The notes beneath the pieces were generated by a model, which did not search any database, had not been told where the DNA came from, and saw only the letters and a list, made by a program, of their open reading frames with translations. Of a stretch of 64,000 bases of DNA, positions 12,181 to 25,562 are shown piece by piece (position 1 is the stretch's first letter; each line of letters begins with the position of its first letter). The position numbers and the translations under genes were made by a program. Origin of the DNA: Octopus vulgaris (taxonomy: Eukaryota); contig OX597815.1 in assembly GCA_951406725.2 (NCBI GenBank), forward strand, positions 191,084,001-191,148,000. The letters run 5' to 3'.

Positions 12181-13499
12181 AGAATTTGTGCTGTGTACTA
12201 AAGGTATAAACTATCAAGAATTAAACATGTTTATTTTTAAGTTCCCTAACCAATCATATAGCTGGACCTGAAATATAGAATTAGTAGGACAACCTCCACT
12301 AAATGCTTTTTGTCAATTGTCCCTAGAAGTACTATGGCAAACATAGAGTAAAGCAAAATAAATGCACCCTTTATGATTATATATTAATGATTAGAAGTAA
12401 AAAAAGTTGTCTCATAAAAAAAAAATATGTTTGTTCTTTTAATAAGACCCCTGATTCACAGCCTCTGAAAAAGGATGAAAATTATGTATCATGTATTGGT
12501 GATTTCCTGGTGTCAACTTGCAGTCAAAGGGAAGTAGATTCAGTACGTAGGTGCAAAACTGGGTGTGCGCTGTATGCAGAGAAGGTTGCCGTGAAGTCAG
12601 AAACAAAGAAAACATCCTTTCTAAATGAATAGTTCTATTTACAGATGGCCAGTGTAATGTTAACATTGTTCGCTAAGCTCTTTACTGTTCTATTTCCTGT
12701 TCCTTTACAAGTCCCTGTGAATCGGATATATCTTGGCCAAAAAGAATAATTTGCCTTTCAGACTATTGTAATATAGAATAATGTTGCTAATTTATTCAAA
12801 CCTGTGCAGGAAGACCATACCATGTGCCTGTAAATCTTATTACTATTACAATATTTTTTTTCTTTACTTGCTAAGTCTGGAGGAAGGGGCAGTGCTCTTG
12901 GCCTTTATGAGCTCCCCCAAACCAATAAGGTTGATACGATCAATATCTAATTGATTGTTTTGTTGCAAGTCGACACCTGCAGCAAAGGCATGAGCAGTAG
13001 GAGGAATTCTCAATGACCAACATTCTAGGGAGGAAGTGCAAAGTCTGAGAGGTTTGACACGACATAGATTACAAGACTAGACATAATGATAAAGCTAAAA
13101 CGAACGTTTAACGAATGCTTTTGTTGAAAGTTTCAGTAGATGTCCAATGAAAGTGACACACTATATTAGACACACAAAAATGTTGTGCAGTCAAAATTTC
13201 TGTTTAATTGGTTTGATATTAATAAACAGTTTATGAAATCTATATTTCACTATAGAAATTGTTAATGTTTGTGAAGGAAATGCTTTATAAGTATTTGTTT
13301 CATTTTTCAGATCTTTTGATTATTTAATCATTTAGATATTTTAATTATATATTCCATGTGCACACATAATTAAAGCGTTGAAGGGAGTTGAAATCTTAGA
13401 GAATCCATAGTATGAGAATCTTGTCACTGAATTTAGAAAGTACATTTCATGTACTGGACGGCCATCAGGGCTTCATTCTCAGTTTCCTCTTTTTTATCA

Positions 13500-14780
13500 T
13501 AAATATCTAGGTTACAACAGAGAAGACTGACTGTTCTTGGGTACCCCTATCGGCTAATGACTTGGTTGTTGTAGCTGAGTCTGTTTATGAATGAAGGGAC
13601 ATATTCCATACCTGGAAGTAAGGCCTAGAATTAAGAGCTCCGAAAGTGAACCTAGCAAAGAAATATTTTAGCAGGAGAGAAGACAAATCTCTACTGCCAT
13701 TTGGAAAGCGACTATACTCAATATAAAGGAAATGAGTTGGTAAGACTTTTGTGCTGTGTACTAAAGGTATAAACTATCAAGACACAAAAGTTGTAGTGAA
13801 ATCAGGAGCAGGCTGACCGAGAAGGTCCTTGTAAGTAGCAGATAATACTGGTTGTGAGAGGAAACATGAAATGCTTTTTGTCAATTGTCCCTAGAAGTAC
13901 TTTGTAGCTTCTTTTACCTAGTTGATCTTAATTATCTGCTGGGGTGGTTATTCTGACAGTATACCTAGTGTTAGAATACAATGGAAAATGTTTAGTGGTC
14001 TATTATTTCTGCTGGAAGCAAGGTAATTATTTTTATGGGTGCAGGGTAGACTATAAGGGGCTTGCATAGGAAGTGCTCAGTACGTAGGTGCAAAACTGGG
14101 TGCGCTGTATGCAGAGAAGGTTGCCGTGGTCAGAAACAAAGAAAGAGATCCTGTTCCTTTGGATGTGCAATGTTAGTCTACATGAACGACTGAGCAGATA
14201 TTTTGTAAGAGAAAAACTAGCTATAAGGTGTGTGCAAGAAGGAAGACTGCACTAATGTGGACATGTGATGAATGAGGAGGCACATGGCCTACTGGTTAGA
14301 GCAGTGGACTCACGGTCGAGAGATAGCAAGTTTGAATCTCAGACTGGGCAATGTGTGTGTTTATGAGCGAAACACCTAAGCTCCACGCGGCTCCGGCAGA
14401 AGGCAATGGCAAACTTCTGCTGACTCTTTCGCCACAACTTTCTTTCACTCTTTCCTCCTACATCTTGCAGCTCACCTGCAACGGACCGGCGTCCCGTCCA
14501 GGTGGGGAACCTATACGCCAAGGAAATCAGGAAACCGGCCCTTATGAGCCAGGCATGGCTTGAGAAGGAACAAACATGTGATGAATGTGGAGGGTGGATA
14601 GTTGGGTAAAGAAATACCAAGCTTATTTAAATGGAAGGAAAAGATTTAAGAAGATATGAGTAGAAATGGTAAAAGCTGATCACAAGAGGCTAAATCTTAA
14701 GAAGCTGTCAATGGATTGCAACAAATGGGGAAATTCTGTGCTTGGCATGACCCACCCAACACATGCAATTATGGTAAAAT
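13500..14780 (+). mobile_element. Decayed RTE-clade LINE ORF2 3' part, interrupted by a SINE
   Basis: Degenerate RT motif (Y)ANDLVVVAES...WK.GLE...KVNL near 13550-13660, then remnants resembling SF.YL.DL, WMCNVS, CVQE.RL...GHVM and DSWVKK; many stops and frameshifts. Confidence 0.7.
14275..14573 (+). mobile_element. Family D-related tRNA-derived SINE with 14-bp TSD
   Basis: Head ggaggcacatggcctactggttagagcagtggactcacggtcgag...gtttgaatctc. TSD acatgtgatgaatg on both sides. Confidence 0.9.
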
Positions 14781-16280
14781 GGATAAAATATGTAATGATG
14801 ATGGCATAGATATAACAGGCTTCTTTACAGTTTCCATCTGCTGCATTCCACAAATTGGTGGGCACCCTATGATAGCAGATAATTACCCAAGGTGAAGTGT
14901 CAAAGGATTGAACTTAAACCCATTTGGTAACAAGGCAAACTTCTTAATATAGATATCGATACGGACAGCCATGCCTGTATATTGCAAATGATCGATTTCA
15001 TCAATAACTTTTCTCATTGATTTGAAACAGAATCGGTCAATTGTTCGGTTTTATTGTCTTTGTAACACTAGTTTTATTCCAATCATCTTCCAGGCTATGT
15101 TCAATAAAATCGTATTTAATGACTTCCTTCGGATATTCGATAGAAAATCGTTTGTTAAGGAGGATAATAAAATGTATCAGATCATAAAATTCAAGCTGTT
15201 TACTACATAGTTAAAGGGAGAAAACTGTATGATTCTTTACTAAGTATTCTCACTTTTACTAATATTTATACTGAGTACAGATATTGAGACTGGACATTTT
15301 ATTGATTATATGTAATATATATATATGTGTGAGTGTGTGTGTGTGTTATATAATGTATACTCATATTTATTATACTGAATTTTTAAACTTGCTTTCCATT
15401 TGTATATATATATATATATATATATTATACATGAGTATGATCTACCTCTCTATCTATCTAAAATTTTAAAATAGGATAAAATCTTTATAAGAATTTATCA
15501 AATAGCATGAAAAAAACCTCATAAGGGAAAATTATAATTATTCTCTTTAAATATATATATATATATTTATATCAAGGGCATTAATACACATAAATGCCTC
15601 ACACTATGAGGGACTCTTAAAGTCAAAACTACCATAATATCTATCTATCTGTCTATCTATCTATATATCTATCTATCTACACACACACACACACACAGAT
15701 GCATTGATCTGAGAATGATGATTCATCAGAATTTATCTAAGTCATTCAGAAGACGAAGTTGAACTTCATAAAAAAAGGCAAAAATAAACAAAAAATACAG
15801 CATCTAAAATAAAATCCTACTTTTACATTTAAAAAAAATTTCTGCTTAATTTTTTTTTTTCCCCAGTTAAAATACTTAAATCATATAACTATTCTAAATT
15901 AATTATTTTTCTAATCAGCAAGTTTTCTCACTGTCTGTTGCAGTGCTTGTGGGTGTGTAATATTCTTAAGTTCTCTGGGTTAAAAAGAAATTTCAGTAAA
16001 AGCCACATGACCTTTTTGAAAAGATGTGGCCTAATACAAAATTCTAGCTACATAGGTGTACCACTGTGCCCTAAAACTTGCAACATGTGAATATGCATTC
16101 ACTTTTATATCTTAAGATTATGATCTCTCTCTTTCTATATATAGTAGGCTATAGTAGAAGACACTTGCCCAAGGTGCCATGCAGTGGGACTGAACCTGGA
16201 ACCATTTGGTTGGGAAGCATGCTTCTTATCACACAGCCGCTCCTGCACCAATATATATATATATATACATATATATGAAT

Positions 16281-16562
16281 GATGCCAGCACTGCCTCGAC
16301 TGGCTTCTGTGCCGGTGGCACATAAAAAGCACCAACCGATCGTGGCCGATGCCAGACCCCTCTGGCACCTGTGCAGGTGGCACGTAAAAAGCACCCACTA
16401 CACTCGCGGAGTGGTTGGCGTTAGGAAGGGCATCCAGCTGTAGAAACACTGCCAGATCAGACTGGAGCCTGGAGCAGCCCCTGGCTCCCCAGACCCCGGT
16501 CGAACCGTCCAACCCGTGCTAGCGCGGAAAACGGACGTTAAACAATGATGATGATGATGATG
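16281..16562 (+). mobile_element. Family C SINE
   Basis: gtggttggcgttaggaagggcatccagctgtagaaac...cgttaaac(gat)n. Confidence 0.9.
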
Positions 16563-16609
16563 AACTATATAAAATCTATACTTGGACAATTAAATGTATT
16601 TACATTTCT

Positions 16610-16885
16610 ACCGTCAGTTATAAGAAGGGTTCCAATTGATCTGATCAATGGAACGGGATTGTGCACTATTAATGTAGTCCCCTTGGAGATTCAGTGTGAC
16701 ACAGAGTGAAACAAGGCTACTCTTTTGAAATATAGGTACAACTCATTTTTCTCCTTGGCTGGGTGGACGGAAGCAACATGAAATAAAGTGTCTTGCTCTA
16801 GGACACAAGAAGCCACTGGGTTTCAAACTCATGACATTATGATCATGAGTGAAGTACCCTAACCACTAAGCTACATATCCTCGCA
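16610..16885 (-). mobile_element. Family D SINE, decayed
   Basis: agggttcca.ttgatctgatcaa...gagattcag.gtgacacaga; shares its tail with 5580-5961. Confidence 0.7.
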
Positions 16886-17111
16886 TTTGCACCAAGTATT
16901 CGGCTGATTGACTTCCTACTATTGTTTCCATGAAATGCGGAGATACTGAAAGTCTTACATTTCAGATAACTGAGAAATAATGTAGAAGTACTAAAAGGAC
17001 ATTACCCTCACTATTACACAGAAATAAAAACTGAAACAAAATAGAATACTTTTCAGCATTTCCATGAAATACTGAGAGGGTGTTACCACCTCTCTGTAAT
17101 TTTATCAAATA

Positions 17112-17494
17112 CTAGCAGTATTGCCCGGTGTTGCTCGGGTTTGTTTCAACCCTTTAGAATTGGAATTTTTGAAAAGTAAAATTTTGCATTATCTAGCTTG
17201 TTATTCTCTTTAAGTTAACATTTTCCTGGTTGAAATTCACCGTAAAATGGCGACACAGCAGTCAAAAAATCGTAAAAAGATAGGGATTTTCATAGAAAAA
17301 AGCACCTTTTTGATATAAATAATTTTTGGTGTTAACATGGTTGGATCTGAATTTTTTCTTCTATGGAAGGAAGAGCAAGGTTTCTTCTATCATACTCTCA
17401 ATTTTGGTCAACTGCAGGGTCTTGGAGGAGATAGTGTTAGTTGAAGGCTACCAAACCTGCCATACACGGACAACTTCAGCTTTATGTATATAGA
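17112..17494 (-). mobile_element. Non-autonomous Helitron
   Basis: On the minus strand: a|TCtatatacataaagctgaagttg ... cccgagcaacaccgggcaatactgCTAG|t. This is a canonical A^T insertion site with a subterminal hairpin. Confidence 0.85.
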
Positions 17495-17715
17495 TGGACT
17501 TAGTAAAAATACTGTAGCAATAAGAATGGACAAATAGAGAGAGCGCTGCTCACTTCTAGTTATATTGGTAGATGATATATGTTGTCTATATTATATTAAA
17601 TATATACGAAATTGGAATATTATGAATAAATTAGATGGTCATTGCCATTTATGTCAGAGCATTGAAATTTCAATTATATAATTAGTCTCTAAATGTAAAC
17701 TGATCTATGCCCATT

Positions 17716-18112
17716 AGGTGTAGGAGTGATTGTGTGGTAAGTAGCTTGCTTACCAACCACATGGTTCCAGGTTCAGTCCCACTGCGTGGCACCTTGGGCA
17801 AGTGTCTTCTACTATAGCCTCGGGCCGACCAAAGCCTTGTGAGTGGATTTGGTAGATGGAAACTGAAAGAAGCCCATCGTATATATGTATATATATATTT
17901 GTGTGTATGTTTGTGTGTCTGTGTTTGTCCCCCCAACATCGCTTGACAACCGATGCTGGTGTTGTTTACGTCCCCGTAACTTAGCAGTTCGGCAAAAGAA
18001 ACCGATAGAATAAATACTAGGCTTAGAAAGAATAAGTCCTGGGGTCGATTTGCTCGACTAAAGGTGGTGCCCCAGCACGACCACAGTCAAATGACTGAAA
18101 CAAGTAAAAGAG
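17716..18112 (+). mobile_element. Family A SINE, full length
   Basis: Complete head, microsatellite and tail structure. Confidence 0.9.
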
Positions 18113-18454
18113 TATTATTTCATTGATCATAAGCTATCATTAATGGTTTCCAATCACTGTTCATTAGCAATTCAATATCTCAAAAAATATTAGAATGTAA
18201 TAATTGAACATCAAAAACATGTTGATGTGGGAGCGTAAGTTGGTCAAAAACTGATAAATTGTTACAGAATGTCAATTAGCATTTGATCAGATCTCTTTTG
18301 GCTTCAATGACTGCATAAATACATTGCAGCAAAGAGATAAACCCACTCAGGTGGTCTTGGTAGCTTACCTGCAGTTCTGCCTGATTACTGGGACACGAAT
18401 TGATTATCTTCTTTTTAGCTATACCCTATTGATTTTCTATGGATTTAGATGTTG

Positions 18455-18485
<31 letters not shown>

Positions 18486-18699
18486 TGGATACAATAATGC
18501 GAAGACAGTTTAGTCAAGCAATTTGAGTCAGGATAGAAAAGACTGGCGCAATCAAGACCAAACTGGAAGCAGTGTATAACAGCATTTGATATTCTGTTCG
18601 GTACTGTGATACTGTGACTGTGATATCATCATCATCATCATCATCATTTAGTGTCTATTTTCCATGCTGGTCTGCATTGGACAGTTTGGCCGGGGCTGG

Positions 18700-19734
18700 C
18701 AAGCTGAGGAGCTGCACCAGACTCCAGTCTGATTTGGCATGGTTTCTTCAGCTGGATGCCCTTCCTAATGCCAACCACTCTGAGAGTGTAACGGGTGCTT
18801 TTACATTCTTCCATTATGGGTACCAGTTACGTAATATATATGTAAATTATAATCTAATCCCATTTACATTAACGACTATTTAAAAACAAGTCCTTATCAT
18901 GCAAGTTCGAAGGATTTTATTATTTTACAACTAAGCTAATAGAAAGAGCTGACCACTCCATTTAATCCATTCTGCTCAGAATTGTTATGCATCATGCTGG
19001 CATTCTTGCCAAATTAAGTTGTTACACAGCCTTTTTCTCTATCAACAATACTAATTATTTTTTAGTCATGTTTACTAAATCCTCATTGTCACTGTATCCT
19101 ATTGTATTACTACTTCACTGAAACAAGTACCGAACAAAAAAAGAAAAAGATTGTGTTTAATTTCAAAGCATTAAACACTTTTTGTTTCTTAAACATGTAT
19201 AAATGATGAGTTTACATTCAAGCTGAGGAGCTGCACCAGACTCCAGTCTGATTTGGCATGGTTTCTTCAGCTGGATGCCCTTCCTAATGCCAACCACTCT
19301 GAGAGTGTAATGGGTGCTTTTACATTCTTCCAGCATGGGTACCAGTTACGTAATATATATGTAAATTATAATCTAATCCCATTTACATTAACGACTATTT
19401 AAAAACAAGTCCTTATCATGCAAGTTCGAAGGATTTTATTATTTTACAATTTTGCTAATAGAAAGAGCTGACCACTCCATTTAATCCATTCTGCTCAGAA
19501 TTGTTATGCATAATGCTGGCATTCTTGCCAAATTAAGTTATTACACAGCCTCTTTCTCTAATACTAATTATTTTTTAGTCATGTTTACTAAATCCTCATT
19601 GTCACTGTATCCTATTGTATTACTACTTCACTGAAACAAGTACCGAACAAAAAAAGAAAAAGATTGTGTTTAATTTCAAAGCATTAAACTCTTCTTGTTT
19701 CTTAAACATGTATAAATGATGAATTTACATTCAA
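18700..19734. repeat. ~520 bp tandem duplication (18700-19218 / 19219-19734)
   Basis: Begins inside a family C SINE (caagctgaggagctgcacc) and includes unique flanking sequence; a few substitutions and one 6-nt indel; CAA microhomology at the junctions. Confidence 0.95.
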
Positions 19735-20218
19735 TGTATTTATTGTCACAGACATGGTGACATGGTTAAGAAGTTTGTCTTGTAAACCTGTTGTTTTGTG
19801 TTAAATCCTATTCCATGGTACCTTAAACCGTTACCTTGTACTATAATTTCACAATGACCAATGCTTTGTGAATGAAATTCGAGCGACAGAGACTGTGTCA
19901 AAGCCCATCTTGTGTGTTTGTGTGTTTATCACCACTTGTCTTCACTCTGACACTGTTGGGACAGTAATGATATTAGATGCTGTCCCACCTAAGCAATATA
20001 ACTCATAACTTGTCAGCTTAGTATGCAAAGACCAATGGAATAAATTACCTTACTTGAAAATAAGTGTTTGCACCAGGAAAGGCATCTGGCTGTAGACTAT
20101 TACCTCTAGAAGTTACACCTAACCCATGTTCGCATGGACAAAGCAGATGGTAAAACAATGGCGATGATATTGAGAAGTGCCATGGAAAGGATTTTGAGAA
20201 TTAATTAAATTCCTATTT

Positions 20219-20602
20219 AGGTGTGCCTGTGTGGTAAGAAGTTTGTTTCCCAACCACATGGTTCTGGGTTCAGTCCTACTACATGGCACCTATAGTAGAA
20301 GTGTCTTCTACTATAGCCTCAGGCCAACCAAAGCCTTGAGTGGATTTTCTAGATGGAAACTGAATGAAGCTCATCATGTGCGTGTATATGCATGCATGTG
20401 TGTGTATGTCTTTGTGTCTATATTTGTCCCCCACCACTGCTTGACAACCAGTGTTGGTGTGTTTATGTTCCCATAACTTAGCGGCTCACAAAAGACACTG
20501 ATAGAATTAGTACCAGGCCTTAAAAAATTACTGGGATCAATTCATTAGACTAAAATTCTTCAAGGCATGGCCGCACTCTAATGACTGAAAGAAGTAAAAG
20601 AT
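20219..20602 (+). mobile_element. Family A SINE, diverged
   Basis: Head gtgtggtaagaagtttgtttcccaaccacatggttctgggttcagtcc; tail aatgactgaaagaagtaaaag. Confidence 0.8.
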
Positions 20603-21159
20603 GAAATATATAATAATTCCTTAAAACCATTAATTATCCGGTTAAATCTAATTCAGTATTTGGGATGTTAAAAGAACAGTTATTAATATTCCTTCATGAA
20701 ATGGGTTGTGTCTCTACAACAGAATTAGCAACTTCAAAACTGAGGCTTTTTCTGCTCTCAGAATTATAATTGCTTTTCATCATTTTACCGATAAGTATAG
20801 GCCAATATGGAAATACTGTGAACAAAAAAATACTGTTTGGTATTTAGTTAGGACTCATTTCATCCTCCGTTCAAATCCAGTCAAGGTTGTCTTTGCTTTT
20901 AATCTTCCAGGCATTGATAAAGTAAGTGCCATTCTACCATTCAAGTGCTGGAATCAATATAACTCACCTAAGGAAATTTGTAACATTGCGTCTATGTTAG
21001 AAATCAATATATTGAACATTAGCTATTTCTATTGTTATTGTTTTTGGTTCCCAGATCAGCCATGATCATGCAAACTTTTTTAAAAGTATTCCATCGGTGA
21101 CCATCCTGAAGTACATTTTGTAATGTGTCTTTTTCTTCTTTATATATATATATATATAT

Positions 21160-21310
21160 ACCGGAGTAAACACATAAATGTGAAACAAGGTGGAAAAAAA
21201 GAGTACTCAAATACCAGTGGTAGAGTAATGTGCTTTATTTAAAGCAGTAGAAAATTCAACAAAATCTGTTACTCTGAGTTTCTCGTTGCCGTTCATCAGA
21301 CAGTTTTTGT
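21160..21310 (-). mobile_element. Penelope-like LTR remnant inserted in (TA)n
   Basis: Flanked by (TA)n on both sides; homologues at 40435-40600 and 41320-41415; carries a hammerhead motif. Confidence 0.7.
21266..21303 (-). ncRNA. Minimal hammerhead ribozyme motif, C3-G8 core
   Basis: Reverse complement: ctgt-CTGATGA-acg gcaa cga-GAAA-ctcagag-TA-acag. Stem I ctgt/acag; GUA site; the first stem II pair is mismatched in this copy. Confidence 0.75.
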
Positions 21311-21514
21311 TATATATATATATATATATTCTAGAGGGTTGTTTAATTCAAGGATATTTGGCTAATAAAATCAACCACATCAAAGCTCCATCATTGACTT
21401 CATTAAATATCTTTGTTCTAGAGAATTGTGGCTTGGCCTGGGTTAAAGGTATTAGCCATCCAATCAATGTTTTATTAATAGTTCAATCAATTTCATATTC
21501 CTTAGTCTAATCTG

Positions 21515-22070
21515 GCACATCATCAGTTACAATGACGAGGGTTCCAGTTGATCTGATCAACAGAACAGCCTGCTCATGAAATTAATGTGCAAGTGGCTGA
21601 ATACTCCACAGAAACGTGTACCCTTAATGTAGTTCTCAAGGAAATCCAGCATCACACAGAATGTAACAAGGGTGACCCTTTGAAATACAGGTGCAACTCA
21701 TTTTTGACAGCTGAGTGGACTGGAGTAACATGAAGTAAAGTGTCTTGCTCAAGGCCACAACATGCCTCCAGGAATCAAACTTATGACCTTACAACCTATT
21801 TTTTTACTACCCACAAGGGGCTAAACACAGAGGAGACAAACAAGGACAGACAAAGAGATTAAGTCGATTATATCCACCCCAGTGCGTAACTGGTACTTAT
21901 TTAATCGACCCCAAAAGGATGAAAGGCAAAATCGACCTCGGCGGAATTGGAACTCAGAACATAGTGGCAGACAAAATACCACTAAGCATTTCGCCTAGCG
22001 CACTAACGTTTCTGCCAGCTCACCACCTTACAACCATGAGCCAAATACTCTAATTGCTAAGCCACATGGG
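21515..22070 (-). mobile_element. Family D SINE with nested family B SINE (21797-22030)
   Basis: The nested copy is bounded by accttacaacc at 21786-21796 and 22025-22035. Confidence 0.8.
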
Positions 22071-23190
22071 AAAGGCATGAGAGCTGCAACATCACATTCC
22101 ATCTCCATTCCACTCACTTAATCCCTGGCCCCACACTCTGCCTCCTTTACTAATAGCTACAGAGAAATCTGTTCTTCAGACCTGGTTGATCTCATGTTAC
22201 TTCCATTCAGGCCCACCCAATCATTTGTCTTTTCATAGTCATTATCGTCAACATCTTAGATGGTGGCAATGGTAGTAGCATATCAATATCCATATTACAT
22301 CCATCCATGCCCCACCACCCACTGACCACTTTATACTCCTTCCTTCTTTAAAATGTTGTAAGACCTTCTGGAAGTCCATCCCAGCCCAAATTTTTCTGAA
22401 AGCTATCAACTTGTTCAAAAGAAACTCCGACTGCATTTTAAGGATTGGCTGAGGCCATTGAAAATAGCATCCCTTAGTCCAAATCAAAGCAAACCAAACT
22501 GAATCAAATCAACTCCTTCTCTCAAAAAAGGAGCGACCTTGTCAACAGAAATCAATATGCAGTTGAAAGACTTCAAACATTTTGTGTGTAGAATACAACA
22601 TTCTACCATTTGCAAATTGTTTCATTTCATGTCTAGCACTTAGCACTTAATACATCACATTACCAATACTTTCTGACTGTAGCATGACCTGAAATAACTG
22701 GGTAGCAAGGGACAGGACTACCTCTTGTAATTAACTTCATTTCAAATCTAGCATGGTACTAGAGTTGAAAGCAATTTGTTTCATGTACCAGCAGCCAATC
22801 CCCTGCTCTCCCACCAGCTGCGTTATTTCCCACGACAAAACATGTCATTTGTCAAAATCACTGTTATTAATTGAACGTTCATTCACATCTTTCTAGCTTT
22901 CCTGAATTATTACTTTCCTTCTCAACAGCCTGGAACGGTTTATGTCCTGGTTGGTTGCGTTTGACTTACCGATTGTACTACTCGTTATTTTCCAGCTCTT
23001 TATCTTTATGGTTTAATGGTTCTGGACTAATTCCACTGTATTGAATGTTCATATACATGTTCATACTTATATGCATGTGCATCACAAACTATTTCACACA
23101 CACACACACATACATACACACTCCAGTGCACATAATTGTATTTTCCAGTCTCGTAATAATATATATGCTTTGCATTGCTTAAAACTGTAA

Positions 23191-23401
23191 ACATCTATTC
23201 ACGGATTAACCAACTAGAAATTCATAGCATATATAAATTTATGTGTGTTTGTGTATGTGTGTGTCATCATCATCATCATCATCATCATCATCGTTTAGCA
23301 TTCGCTTCACGGTGATGATGATGATGATGATGATGACACACACACACACACAAATTTATATATGCTATGAATTTCTTATTGGTTAATCTGTGAATAGATG
23401 T
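23191..23401. repeat. ~100 bp-arm inverted duplication (foldback)
   Basis: acatctattcacggattaaccaa.tagaaattcatagcatatataaattt...(cat)n | 16-nt spacer | (gat)n...aaatttatatatgctatgaatttcttattggttaatctgtgaatagatgt. Confidence 0.95.
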
Positions 23402-23406
23402 GTATG

Positions 23407-23472
<66 letters not shown>

Positions 23473-23984
23473 AATATATATATATATGTGTGTGTGTGTG
23501 TGTTTGCATTATTCACCTTTGTGATACTATAATAATGTGAGATATCTCCTCCGGTTTAATAAGAAATTATTTTCAACAAAAGACATTGACATTATAAGTA
23601 TATAATGTTCTCTATTAAAACGGTGGTGATGGCTCAGAACCAGGCTAAAGGCATTTCAGTTTTTTTGTTCCATTCATCAACATTCTGATTTCAAATCTTG
23701 ACTAACCCTTTTTGAACAGACCTAAAACCTAAGATCAAAGCATTTCTACTATGACCATCCCCGAAGAGTGCCTTATCTAAAGTGTCCTTTCCTGTTTTTT
23801 TAAGATAGTTGATTATGATTTGTGTGAGATTTGGCTGCTATTTTTAGCAGGCTGAATAATGATGTATAAGCTTTCTCATTAACATGACTCATTTGAGTTG
23901 CTATCATAAGTATCAAGCTTAGGTGAGTCAAATATTGGAGGGCATTTTGGTCCAATGTTCTAATGATTTTGCCAGTCTACTCGC

Positions 23985-25562
23985 TCTTTCTCTTTTACTT
24001 CTTTCAATCGTTTGACTGCGGCCATGCTGGAGCACCACCTTTAGTCGAGCAAATCAACCATAGGACTTATTCTTTGTAAGCTTAGTACTTATTCTATCGG
24101 TCACTTTTTGCCAAACCGCTAAGTTACAGGGACGTAAACACACCAGCATCGGTTGTCAAGCGATGTTAGGGGGACAAACACAGACACACAAACACACACA
24201 CACATATAAAGCCTTGAGAGTGGATTTGGTAGATGGAAACTGAAAGAAGCCCATCGAATATATACAGGAGGCCAGCAAATTTTTTGAGGGGAGAGGCAAG
24301 TCAACTACATCAACACCAGTACTACAACTGGTATCTATTATATATTTAATCGACCCTGAGAGCATGAAAGACAAAAGCTGGCTTTCGCAGCATTTGAATT
24401 CTGAAAGTAAAGAGGCAACAGGAATGCTGCTAAGCAGTTTGTCCAACACAGTAACAACTCTGCTAGCTCAATGCCATGATGATGATAATAATAACAATAA
24501 CAATAACAGTGATTTCACATTTCAGCACAAGGCCAGCATGTTTGGGGGTGGTGGCTATTGATTACATTGGCCCCACTGCTCAACTGGTACTTATTCTATT
24601 GACCCTGAAATGATGAATGGCAAAGCCAACCTAGGCAGGATTTGAACCAAGAATATAAAGACAGACAAAATCCTGCTAAGCATTTTGTCTGGCATACTAA
24701 TTCTGCCAGCTTGCTGCTCTAAGTAATTATCATCATCATCATCATCATCGTTTACCGTCCGCTTTCCATGCTAGCATGGGTTGGACAATTTGACTGAGGT
24801 CTGGCGAACCAGATAGCTGCACCAGACTCCAATCTGATCTGGCAGAGTTTCTACAGCTGGATGCCCTTCCTAACACCAATCACTCCAAGAGTGTAGTGGG
24901 TGCTTTTACATGCCACCAGCACAAGGTCCAGTCAGGCGGTACTGGCAACGGTCACGCTCAAATGGTGCTTTTTATGTGCCACCTGCACAGGAGCCAGTCC
25001 AGCAGCACTGGCAACAACCCCGCTCAAATATTTTTTCAAGTGCCAGTAAGGCGATGCAGGTAATGATCACGCTCAAATGGTGATTTTCACATGCCACCGA
25101 CACAGAGGCCCACCGGTTGCTCTGGCAACGATCACGCTCATTTGATAATAATAATCCTTTCCACTAGATGCACAAGGCCTGGATTTTGTGGGGAAAGGGG
25201 ACAGTCAATCACATCGACCTCTGTGTTTCACTGGTACTTAATTTATCAACCCTGAAAGGATGAAAGGTAAAGTCGACCAGAGCAGAATTTGAACTCAGAA
25301 CGTAGTAGCAGACGAAATACCTATTTCTGTTTCTTTACTATCCACAAAGGGGCTAAACACAGAGAGGACAAACAAGGACAGACAAACGGATTAAGTCGAT
25401 TATATCGACCCCAGTGTGTAACTGGTACTTAATTTATCGACCCCGAGAGGATGAAAGGTAAAGTCGACCTGAGCAGAATTTGAACTCAGAACGCAGTAGC
25501 AGACGAAATACCGCTAAGCATTTTGCCTGGCATGCTAACAATTCTGCCAGCTCGTCACCTTA
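23985..25562 (-). mobile_element. SINE cluster: family A (23985-24265), B (24265-24720), C (24729-25141), B dimer (25155-25562)
   Basis: Family-diagnostic motifs in succession, all on the minus strand. Confidence 0.85.

Noticed and set aside
15600-15640. gac/gtc stem followed by AAAA in a (TA)n-associated element
   Set aside because: Core and cleavage site cannot be assigned; too degenerate.
22928-23045. Possible exon (+ acceptor ctcaacag; - donor gtaagt at ~22969)
   Set aside because: No frame gives a recognisable peptide and the matching splice sites are weak.
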